From a virus (Duplodnaviria; Caudoviricetes), in IMG/VR virus record IMGVR_UViG_3300010376_000076, positions 1 to 38,451 of that record: DNA of 38,451 bases; one strand, written 5' to 3'. The position numbers and the translations under genes are program-made. This document shows positions 1 through 8,095 of this stretch, one piece after another (the first letter of the stretch is position 1; each line of letters opens with the position of its first letter). A model generated the notes under the pieces. It saw nothing but the letters and a program-made list of their open reading frames with translations. It was not told the DNA's origin and made no database searches.

Positions 1-98
1 CCTCGCAAACGGGCCAAAGAAAAAATCGGCCTTTTAGAGGGGAAATATTCACTGTGGCAGGGGGGAGAAATAATAGAGAGTTAAAGGGTGGAGGTGTG

Positions 99-404
99 AT
101 GGATGATCGTGAGTTGATCGACCGGCTGATCGAGCAGAACGGGGTGCTGATCGCCAGCTTGACGGCGGGGCTCTCAGGGGCGCTACAGGCCCTCAGTCCG
201 GCCCCTATAGTACAGCCCCCCTCCAGCGACCCTTACGCCCAGGACGAGGAGCCTAGGCGGGGCAGGGGCGATCCTTGGGGGGACCCTGAGGTACCGTCGA
301 GCGAGCTTATCGGGGGCTGGGCCGATCCGCCGTTCAAGGAACCATTAAATGACACAGGAAATACAGAGGAGGTCGGAGCGGGTGGCGAGGATCCAGGAAC
401 CTAA
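99..404 (+). CDS. Hypothetical protein (acidic, Pro/Gly-rich C-terminus)
   Basis: ORF track 54..404. GGAGGTG Shine-Dalgarno at 90-96 favours a start at GTG96/ATG99. Confidence 0.55.
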   Translation: MDDRELIDRLIEQNGVLIASLTAGLSGALQALSPAPIVQPPSSDPYAQDEEPRRGRGDPWGDPEVPSSELIGGWADPPFKEPLNDTGNTEEVGAGGEDPGT

Positions 405-690
405 CGAAGACCGGGATAGGCTGTTAAGAGCTAACACCCCACCATTCCGGGGCTGCACATTTAAGGCCTTCCTTAATCGTAAGACCCTCGGCTTCCTGGA
501 GTCCGGCGATATGAGGGTAGCGTTCGTAATCCCACAAGAGGAGATAGTTAACAAGGCCGAGAAACTCCGTCTGCTCCTCTCCAACCCTATGCCTCTACAG
601 ATAACGGTAGAGGTGGACGCTAGTTATCTGGAGGATGTTATCAAGGACGAGATTAGTTTAAGGTTGATAAGTGGAAACAACGGTAGTTAA
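349..690 (+). CDS. Hypothetical protein
   Basis: 113-aa ORF overlapping its neighbours in the packaging operon. No motif recognised. Confidence 0.55.
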   Translation: MTQEIQRRSERVARIQEPNEDRDRLLRANTPPFRGCTFKAFLNRKTLGFLESGDMRVAFVIPQEEIVNKAEKLRLLLSNPMPLQITVEVDASYLEDVIKDEISLRLISGNNGS

Positions 691-1003
691 AGAGACTCTA
701 TCAACCACAGTTCATCATGTCACAGATGAAGATAAAGCCCTGGCACATGAGTTTAATCTCACAGCTAGACGAGCCCTCCAGGTCGCCAACCGTTACCTTA
801 CTCATGGTCCCGAGACAGCACGGCTTTCTGTCGTCAAGTCTTTTATGCAGGCTCTCTCTCGCCTATCAGCTATTGACACAGAGTCAGAGCTTACAGAACA
901 CAGAATCGCCTTCCAGCGCACCATGTCCCAACTAACTAAAGTTATCCCTAATGCCATTGAGTCTTCGTCCTCTCTTGGACGAGTTGAAGATCAAGACGAC
1001 TAA
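671..1003 (+). CDS. Hypothetical helical protein, candidate terminase small subunit
   Basis: 110-aa predicted helical ORF directly upstream of and overlapping terL. Function inferred from position only. Confidence 0.4.
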   Translation: METTVVKETLSTTVHHVTDEDKALAHEFNLTARRALQVANRYLTHGPETARLSVVKSFMQALSRLSAIDTESELTEHRIAFQRTMSQLTKVIPNAIESSSSLGRVEDQDD

Positions 1004-2639
1004 TCTAGATATTAGGAACTTTGATTTAGATTATGTGGATCCTGACCCCACTATCGGGGATTGGGGCTGGGCTCAACGTCCTTATATAGCGGAGATAGAG
1101 AGACAGTTTAATGCAGGACTACCCGTTCGTATTATCGTGCTCAAGGCCCGACAACTTGGCATATCGACTGCGACGGAGGCGGTACTCTTCCTGTGGGCTA
1201 CGTCTTTATACCCTGGTGCAAACGCAGCGGTTATATCTCACGTCGATACGCAGGCTCAGGAACTATTCAATATTACGAAGCGATATTGGGAATATTGGCC
1301 CCACAAAATACTCTTCGATCTCAAGTACCATACTCGGCGTCAGATGTTATGGGAACAGACGGGTAGTAACATACGAGTCGTTACAGCACAGAAAGCCGAT
1401 ACACTTAGAGGTAGTACCCTTCAAGCGGTTCATTGTTCCGAAGTCGCAATGTGGGCGGATGCGGAGCAACTTTGGGGAGGGTTAGAGCCCTCTATACCTA
1501 AAAGACACGGTACGTTTGTCTGTTTAGAGTCTACAGCGAAAGGGATGGGTAACTGGTTTCATGATGAATGGCAACGAGCAGAAGTCGGAGATAGTGACTT
1601 TGTGCCGATGTTCTTCCCTTGGTACCGTCACTCAGCTACTAGACTATTTGGAACAACTTTACATGAGATCGAGCTTGACGCCGACGAACGATGGATTCTG
1701 TCCACAATGCGGGAAGAGGGGTATGACGATGAAACGGCATTTGCCTCCCTCGCCTTCCGTAGAATAGAAATCCGTAAAAAGGGAGAGGATTGGTTCCATC
1801 AAGAATATCCCTCCACAGCCGAAGAGGCCTTTGTCACCTCCGGAAATCCTATCTTCAACCCTCACGCTATACGAGATTGTCATGCGGAGAAACGAGGAGC
1901 TACGGGGAGACTATATAGGACTGGAAGAGGAGATGTGGTCTTTGAGCACCAGGATCGTGGACCGTTTACTGTGTTCAAGCAACCTCATCATGACCCGAAC
2001 CCTGGTAGATATTTTGTCGGAGGTGACCCAGCTAGAGGAGGAACAATGACCTCCGACCCTTCCTGCGCCCAGGTTATCCATCGTGGCACTTTAGAGCAGG
2101 TGGCGGTATGGCATGGTCATTGTGACCCCGTGCAGTTTGCACGGGAGATGATGTTGATAGGAGATTTCTTTGGTAAGGCGATGTTGGCTCCAGAATGTGA
2201 GGGTGGCGGTATGGCGACTATCGGTGCCATTCTTGCCTCCGGTTATCCTAATGTCTGGTCCTGGAAGAAACCGGATCGTACCTCGCAGACTTCTAATACT
2301 TGGGGTTGGCTTACATCTTATGGTACGAAAAGATGGGCATTGGGAGAGCTACAAAATCTCATTAACTCCCGAAGCATTCTCATACACGATAAGCGAACCT
2401 ACCATGAACTCCTCAACTTCGTCGAGCATGATAACGGTTCGTTGGGAAATGAGGGACGAAGTGGTCACGACGATACAGTCATGGCTCTTGCAATCGCAGT
2501 AACGGCCTCTAAGCGTGAAGGGTTCTTCTCTCCCAAATCCAACTCTCTCAACACAACGCCAGACATTTTCACTAGCGAGCTTGAGCTAGATAATGTTATA
2601 GATATGGCGCAACGCTATTTCAACGAGAGAACAGGTTAA
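951..2639 (+). CDS. terL: Terminase large subunit
   Basis: Walker A-like IVLKARQLGIST, Walker B-like VHCSEVAMW, coupling motif LESTAKG, RNase H-like nuclease motifs VGGDPARG and GHDDTVMALAIA. Confidence 0.95.
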   Translation: MPLSLRPLLDELKIKTTNLDIRNFDLDYVDPDPTIGDWGWAQRPYIAEIERQFNAGLPVRIIVLKARQLGISTATEAVLFLWATSLYPGANAAVISHVDTQAQELFNITKRYWEYWPHKILFDLKYHTRRQMLWEQTGSNIRVVTAQKADTLRGSTLQAVHCSEVAMWADAEQLWGGLEPSIPKRHGTFVCLESTAKGMGNWFHDEWQRAEVGDSDFVPMFFPWYRHSATRLFGTTLHEIELDADERWILSTMREEGYDDETAFASLAFRRIEIRKKGEDWFHQEYPSTAEEAFVTSGNPIFNPHAIRDCHAEKRGATGRLYRTGRGDVVFEHQDRGPFTVFKQPHHDPNPGRYFVGGDPARGGTMTSDPSCAQVIHRGTLEQVAVWHGHCDPVQFAREMMLIGDFFGKAMLAPECEGGGMATIGAILASGYPNVWSWKKPDRTSQTSNTWGWLTSYGTKRWALGELQNLINSRSILIHDKRTYHELLNFVEHDNGSLGNEGRSGHDDTVMALAIAVTASKREGFFSPKSNSLNTTPDIFTSELELDNVIDMAQRYFNERTG

Positions 2640-2642
2640 TAA

Positions 2643-3134
2643 ATGGCAAGAGCTATGTATCACGGGTACACGGGCAGCTTTACTATGGCTGGTTCGTCTA
2701 CCACTCTTCCAGCTTTCTGGATTGCAAATACTGATACGCTGCACGCTCTACAAATAGAGAAGTACCGTATTGGTATGTCGGGTACTGGGTCGGCGTCGGT
2801 TACTTTCCAGCTTGCAGTTTCTAACGCTAACGCCACAGCCCTCGGTACCTCCACTGCTGGTACTATCGCCCAGACTGCTGGCCGTTTGATGGCTAACGGT
2901 GGTATCTCTGTCTGTGGTTACAACTACACAGCAGCCCGCACCACCGAGACCTATATCATCGTAGACGAGATCACTCTGGTTAACAACCAGACTATCGTTT
3001 ACGATTACCAGGGTGCTGGAGATAACCCTGACTGCCCGCTTGGTGTAGCCACTAACGGCTCGGGTGTGGGTATGTTCATCTCTTCAGGTACCCCTGTCGC
3101 CACCACTATTGATATGTGGGTTAGCCGGATCTAA
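2643..3134 (+). CDS. Putative virion structural protein (beta-rich, Gly/Ala/Thr-rich)
   Basis: 163 aa, composition typical of small beta-sandwich virion proteins. First gene of the block between terL and portal. Confidence 0.55.
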   Translation: MARAMYHGYTGSFTMAGSSTTLPAFWIANTDTLHALQIEKYRIGMSGTGSASVTFQLAVSNANATALGTSTAGTIAQTAGRLMANGGISVCGYNYTAARTTETYIIVDEITLVNNQTIVYDYQGAGDNPDCPLGVATNGSGVGMFISSGTPVATTIDMWVSRI

Positions 3135-3146
3135 CACCTAACTTAT

Positions 3147-4799
3147 ATGCCCGGCATGATATTGGGGCCGGGTACTAGACCGGCTTCAGGCTTATCTATT
3201 AAAGTTAATGGCCCACAGTTCATAACGAACCAGGGTACACCCATACAGCTTCAGGGTGTCTCTATATCTGGGCCTGAGTACGAGCCCGTACAGCAGAACG
3301 TTATCTTTAACGGCATATTCTCCCCCAACCAGTCTTTCTTCAATCAGATGAGAGCGTGGGGAGTTAATCTTATCCGTTGGCCGATTAACGCCTGGCAATG
3401 GATGGCTGACATAGCCCCCACCCCGGCTGTTCTTGCTGTATACGGGGCTTCGACTCCTGGGAACCCGGCCACGGGTTTAGTAGATTACGCCCACACATCA
3501 GCCAACACCACCCTCCCTACAACCTGTACCGGAGCAACTTACCGTAACACCCTTCTAGCCGCCATTGATCTGGCAGCCGCTAACAATATCTACTCCATAG
3601 TAGATCTCCACTGGTCCGATCCGTGGGTGATGCCAGGTTATTCTTCCACACAGTTCGGCGGGACCAACACACTTAATAACACAGGTAACGCCCAGATAAA
3701 GCAGCCTACTCTCGTTGATGCTCAGTTCTGGGGCGACATGGCTAGCAGATGTGCTAACAGGCCCTATGTTATGTTTGAGTTGGCTAACGAGTGTCAGCCT
3801 GACCATAGTGGCGGAGCGTGGGGCTGGGGGACGGTGACGGGAGGGGTTGTAGCTAATGACTGGATAGCTGGCGGGCCTTACAACTATTTCGGCCTTCTCG
3901 GTAATGAGTCCACTCTCCGTACCTCCACTTCTATAGGTATGCAGGGTTGTGTTAACGCCATCCGTAACACCGGGGCTACTAATGTCATAGTTGTGCCAGG
4001 AGTTAACTTTGAGCAGGAGATCTCCGGCTTCAACACTCTCACCGGTCAAGTATGGGTTGGAACACAGAACGCCTTTCTCTCCCACCAACTCACCGATCCT
4101 CTCAACAACTTCTGTCTAGCCTTCCACGCCTACACGGGCTCAGGTCAGGCTAACACCCCCAATCTTAAAGACTTCCAGATAGGTTTCTCCACTCCCACTA
4201 CCGGTACAGCCAACTGGAACTTTCCCATTATCTGCACAGAGTTTGGGCCATCCTCCGGCGATACTACTGCCCTAACCATGATAGCTGCCGGTCAGTCTCT
4301 TCCCGGTAATGTCTCTGTTACAGCCACTATCCCTATCCCCGGCTCTTCAGGGTCTACAGCCGTTCCATATCCGACACAGGCTGAGTCAACCTATACCGAC
4401 CCTCGTGGGTTCTCTATCGACCATGCCTTCCACGACCCTCGTATCCTCACCGTGGCAGGAGCTACAGGATCAACTGTCTACACAGACATCTCTAACACTA
4501 CTTTTACTTCTGTCTCGGGCTCTGGAACAACCACAGTCTCAGGAGCAATAAACTCTAATGTCTCCCAGAACGACAGCCTTGGCTACACACTCCAAACTCT
4601 TAACTGGCATTTAGCTCGGGCTTCAACGGACGGTCATGGTGCTGGTACGCAGCTAGGTCCACGTTCCCTTCATCTCGTCCCCTGGAACTGGAACATCTCT
4701 GCTGGTCCGTCCCTCATAACTAACTACACATCTCCTTACTCTACACCCACCAACTACGGTCTGGTTATAGAACGCTACTTTCTAACTAAGGTCTGCTGA
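3147..4799 (+). CDS. Glycoside hydrolase family 5 (cellulase-like TIM barrel), probably virion-associated
   Basis: GH5 hallmarks in order: LQGVS, WGVNLIRWPIN, IVDLHW, FELANE (acid/base Glu, codon 3789-3791), IRNTGATNVIVV, FHAY, PIICTEFG (nucleophile Glu, codon 4239-4241), WNW. Confidence 0.85.
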   Translation: MPGMILGPGTRPASGLSIKVNGPQFITNQGTPIQLQGVSISGPEYEPVQQNVIFNGIFSPNQSFFNQMRAWGVNLIRWPINAWQWMADIAPTPAVLAVYGASTPGNPATGLVDYAHTSANTTLPTTCTGATYRNTLLAAIDLAAANNIYSIVDLHWSDPWVMPGYSSTQFGGTNTLNNTGNAQIKQPTLVDAQFWGDMASRCANRPYVMFELANECQPDHSGGAWGWGTVTGGVVANDWIAGGPYNYFGLLGNESTLRTSTSIGMQGCVNAIRNTGATNVIVVPGVNFEQEISGFNTLTGQVWVGTQNAFLSHQLTDPLNNFCLAFHAYTGSGQANTPNLKDFQIGFSTPTTGTANWNFPIICTEFGPSSGDTTALTMIAAGQSLPGNVSVTATIPIPGSSGSTAVPYPTQAESTYTDPRGFSIDHAFHDPRILTVAGATGSTVYTDISNTTFTSVSGSGTTTVSGAINSNVSQNDSLGYTLQTLNWHLARASTDGHGAGTQLGPRSLHLVPWNWNISAGPSLITNYTSPYSTPTNYGLVIERYFLTKVC

Positions 4800-6826
4800 T
4801 GGCTCGCCTTTTGATGACCGGATTTGAGTCGGCATCACTTGGTACTATCGGCTCGACGCAGGCTAATGAGCTAGAGCTAGGGTCAGGGTTCCAGTTCTCT
4901 GGGTTCGGCGGGTCGTACGCCAGGGCTGATTCTACCCATCCGAGAACAGGCGGGTTCTCCACCTACGCAGCCCGATTTATTAACGGTAACGCATCCGGTA
5001 ACTGCACCATGACCGGATCGCTTTTCCAACTCTCCCTAACTAAAACTTACTACGCTCGTGTCTGTGTTCTCTGGCCCAACTGGCCTATCTCCGGTATTAG
5101 GAGATTAGTTGGATTCTATGACCAGACCGGTACGACGGAGATGGTTACGGCGGTTGTTGACTCGTCTGGCAATGCTTTTCTGTATGTTGCTGGGGCTCAG
5201 GTAGGGTCAGGACTTTCTCTAGGTTCAGCAGGCACCTATCACGTCTTTGAGATCGCCTGGAATCACACTACCTCCGGGGCTTCTACCACAGACTATGCAG
5301 AGTGTAGAATAGACGGTAGCTCTATAGCAGTAACTAACACCGGGGCTCTTACTGCTACGACTGGCGATAACATTATTTTTGCGTTCGGTACTGCTCTGGT
5401 TGCTGGTCAGGGCTCAACGTTTGACATAGCTTACTTCGATGATGTAGCAGTTAACGACTCGACTGGGGCATTCTGTAACTCATGGTGCGGGTTGGGTTCT
5501 ATCGGGATGATGCTTCCCGTATCCGACAACTCTGTAGGTACATGGTTGGCGGGTGCTGGGGGTGGATCTAACCTTTTCAACGCTCTAAAGAACGTTCCTC
5601 CTGTTGGATTGGCAGCAGGATCAGAGACCAACACTTCACAGATAAACAACACTAACGCCACGGGCAACCAAGCTTACACCGTTAACATAGAGTCTTACAC
5701 TACTTTCGGTATAACTAACCAGACTCTCGTAGCTTGTTGCCCGGTAACGTTCGGTGGAGTTGGTACCGCTGTATCGACAACTCTCGGTATAGCTTGTACT
5801 AACCCCACCCAATCCTCTCACACCGGTGCCTTCTCTACAGCTATAGGGACGTTCCCTACCAACTGGGGCAACCCTCTCAACTACTTTAACAACCTGAACG
5901 GTGGGGTTAACCCCTCGGGAGTAGCATTAGGCACACAGCCGACTATTACTCTTAATAAGGTAACAGCGGCAGCTACCGAACTGGACTCCTGTTTTGCCGG
6001 TATGAATGTGGAGGTTCTTCCGGCGACGGTTGTAGCGACCACTCCCATTGTCCGTAACCCAGTTCTCCGGCGCAAATCCCAGGTAATAATAACCCATCAA
6101 CTCCCGATCTTCACTCCTCTCAACCTCTCCCCGATAGTCCAAAATAACTTCCTTCGGCGTCGTCAGCAGAAGATCCTTCTCCCGCACGCCACCCCCATAT
6201 TCAACCTAACCACCACTCCGACCCCCATAATCCACACCTCCTACCTCCGTAAGAAGGGTAGGAGCATCGTCACCTTTAAGCCCCCTCTTTTCACCCCTTC
6301 TTCTTTCCCGTCTATCGTTGTCACAGACCCCGCTATTAAAACTAAGTGGGGCATTCACCTTTTCAATCCTCCGACCCCTCTTCCCCCGCCTCAGGTTCCG
6401 ATAGTTTCCCGGCCACCGTTCCGGCGTAGATCGTCTATTTACTTTCAGACCCGTACTGTCCCACCGGTCCTGGTCCAAACACAGACTCCTCTTATAGTAG
6501 CTCCCGCTCAGCCTTCCCGGTTGCGTCGAGGGGTGGTTCGTCTTCTGCGTGGGCCTACCATTCTTCCGCCCACCCCCCAGACTCCCATAATCCTAACTAA
6601 ACCGATTCCCGTCCAACGTAAACAGTCTCGGCTTGTTCTTCTCCGAGGGCCGGTAACACTTCCCAAACCTAACCCTCACCCCTACATAATAACCCGATTC
6701 ATTCGACGTGTAGGCCGGATCTTAGTTTTCCGCAACATCCCCCAATCTCCTCCCCCTGCTTCTATCTGTATTACTGTCTCCGACTTCCCTCAAACTGTCT
6801 GCATCGTGTCTGACGAGGCCTGCTAA
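4799..6826 (+). CDS. Putative fibre/spike protein: N-terminal beta-sandwich (lectin/ConA-like) domains plus C-terminal Pro/Arg-rich repeat region
   Basis: 675 aa. N-terminal region has a YHVFEIAW...ECRIDG...YFDDVAVND pattern reminiscent of ConA/LamG-like folds. The last ~260 aa are Pro/Arg/Ile/Val-rich repeats. TGATG coupling to the GH5 gene. Confidence 0.6.
   Translation: MARLLMTGFESASLGTIGSTQANELELGSGFQFSGFGGSYARADSTHPRTGGFSTYAARFINGNASGNCTMTGSLFQLSLTKTYYARVCVLWPNWPISGIRRLVGFYDQTGTTEMVTAVVDSSGNAFLYVAGAQVGSGLSLGSAGTYHVFEIAWNHTTSGASTTDYAECRIDGSSIAVTNTGALTATTGDNIIFAFGTALVAGQGSTFDIAYFDDVAVNDSTGAFCNSWCGLGSIGMMLPVSDNSVGTWLAGAGGGSNLFNALKNVPPVGLAAGSETNTSQINNTNATGNQAYTVNIESYTTFGITNQTLVACCPVTFGGVGTAVSTTLGIACTNPTQSSHTGAFSTAIGTFPTNWGNPLNYFNNLNGGVNPSGVALGTQPTITLNKVTAAATELDSCFAGMNVEVLPATVVATTPIVRNPVLRRKSQVIITHQLPIFTPLNLSPIVQNNFLRRRQQKILLPHATPIFNLTTTPTPIIHTSYLRKKGRSIVTFKPPLFTPSSFPSIVVTDPAIKTKWGIHLFNPPTPLPPPQVPIVSRPPFRRRSSIYFQTRTVPPVLVQTQTPLIVAPAQPSRLRRGVVRLLRGPTILPPTPQTPIILTKPIPVQRKQSRLVLLRGPVTLPKPNPHPYIITRFIRRVGRILVFRNIPQSPPPASICITVSDFPQTVCIVSDEAC
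6038..6760 (+). repeat. About 8 degenerate ~30-aa protein repeats (PIV/PII...RR/RK...hydrophobic...P)
   Basis: Units begin TPIVRN, SPIVQN, TPIIHT, PSIVVT, VPIVSR, TPLIVA, TPIILT, HPYIIT. Each has a basic cluster followed by a second hydrophobic strand. Confidence 0.7.
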
Positions 6827-7122
6827 TGAATACATACACTGATGGTCAACTCATAGTAGTACAGGCGATCTTCACCTCCTTCCAAACGGGTGCCCCAATC
6901 AATCCAACAGGCGTTCAACTTAAATACGACATCACTGTCAACTTCGTTACCTCTCCACCCATTATAATAGGTGCAGGTTTCACCAAGCCTGCGTCCAACA
7001 TCTTCCAGTGGAACATTGACACCACCGGTAAGCCTGGTTATTATGTGTATGAGTACATCGCTACAGGTACAGGACAGTCAATAGGAACGGGATCTTTCCA
7101 GGTGGATAGTAGGCCGATCTAA
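6826..7122 (+). CDS. Small Ig-like/adaptor-type virion protein
   Basis: 98 aa of alternating beta strands (GAPINPT...WNIDTTGKPGYYVYEY...SFQV). TAATG coupling on both sides. Confidence 0.55.
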   Translation: MNTYTDGQLIVVQAIFTSFQTGAPINPTGVQLKYDITVNFVTSPPIIIGAGFTKPASNIFQWNIDTTGKPGYYVYEYIATGTGQSIGTGSFQVDSRPI

Positions 7123-7295
7123 TGCCTTTCCAGTCTGAGAATCAACGTCGCTTTATGTGGGCTAAACACCCAGATATAGCTGAGGCCTGGGCGCATGGTA
7201 AATCCTCTGTAACAGGGAAGAAGGACACTACAGGGCGAGGAGCGAAGGGTGGATACCGTAATCTCCCTCGTCATAAGAGAAAGAGTAAGAGATAA
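7122..7295 (+). CDS. Small basic phage protein (MPFQSENQRRFMWAKHPDIA...HKRKSKR, 57 aa), absent from the ORF track
   Basis: Read directly: ATG7122 overlaps the upstream TAA and TAA7293-7295 overlaps the next ATG. The MPFxSxxQRRxMxAxHP start resembles a recurring small phage protein type (from memory). Confidence 0.8.
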   Translation: MPFQSENQRRFMWAKHPDIAEAWAHGKSSVTGKKDTTGRGAKGGYRNLPRHKRKSKR

Positions 7296-7741
7296 TGCCA
7301 GTAGGGCCAGGACAGCTTTTTGTTAACCCAGACGGGTCGTTATCCAGCGTTATTGCTGTGTCGGTGGCTAACCCGGCAGCAGGGTCGGACTTTTCCCAGA
7401 CTCTTGCTGCTCCTTGGACCAACCGGCTTTTAATCCAAGTTAACGGTACTTTCGCTACTTCAGCCGTAGTAGCTACCAGGGTGCCCCGGCTTCGTGTTAC
7501 CTTGGGTGCGGGTGGTCCTACCATTTTGGAGGCTACGGCGACAGGTACTCAGGCAGCTTCTTCAACTAACCGTTTCATCTGGTTCCCTGGTGCTGTTGCT
7601 GTAGGTGCAGGCGGTGAGATAGTTTCCCCTATGCCCAACAACATGGTTCTCCCTATTGGTGCTGTCGTCACCTGCTCCACTGCCAACATTGACGCAGCCG
7701 ATCAATGGACCAGCGTCACTCTAACTTTCTCGGGGCCATAG
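7295..7741 (+). CDS. Putative virion structural protein (beta-rich)
   Basis: 148 aa, Ala/Gly/Thr/Val-rich, translationally coupled. Confidence 0.6.
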   Translation: MPVGPGQLFVNPDGSLSSVIAVSVANPAAGSDFSQTLAAPWTNRLLIQVNGTFATSAVVATRVPRLRVTLGAGGPTILEATATGTQAASSTNRFIWFPGAVAVGAGGEIVSPMPNNMVLPIGAVVTCSTANIDAADQWTSVTLTFSGP

Positions 7742-8064
7742 TGACTATCAACCCTCACCCTTCTCCCACCTGTCTTCCCGACTGTTACACCTGCAAAGTC
7801 TCCTCCATCTCTTTCCCTGGTTTTAACGGCCCAGCTTTCAAGCCTCATTGGAATCCCACAGTAGGTGAGTATGTCAATACTAAGCAGGAGTTTGAGGATC
7901 AGCTTAAGCGCAAGTCTGAAGCGAACTCTATTGCAACGGGTATTGACCACGACTACCAACCTAAATACGGATCTGAGTTACAGCCGATCCGAGAGGCTGA
8001 CCAGGTGCTTGACACGAGAGCAAAGAACATTTCTAAACTGACCGGTGAAGTGGTCTCCTACTGA
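7741..8064 (+). CDS. Hypothetical protein with N-terminal H-x4-C-x3-C-x2-C cluster
   Basis: ORF track 7705..8064. GTG7741 overlaps the upstream TAG. HPSPTCLPDCYTCK could bind metal. Confidence 0.6.
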   Translation: MTINPHPSPTCLPDCYTCKVSSISFPGFNGPAFKPHWNPTVGEYVNTKQEFEDQLKRKSEANSIATGIDHDYQPKYGSELQPIREADQVLDTRAKNISKLTGEVVSY

Positions 8065-8095
8065 TGCCGAACCCTCCCGGAACTGTGCATATAGT

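Noticed and set aside
3555-4088. Longer antisense or alternate-frame ORFs in the track (e.g. 3555-4088 -, 17639-18100 -, 21508-21915 -, 30516-31055 +, 30332-30754 -)
   Set aside because: They lie within or largely overlap well-supported genes, lack RBS or motifs, and are best explained as shadow ORFs.
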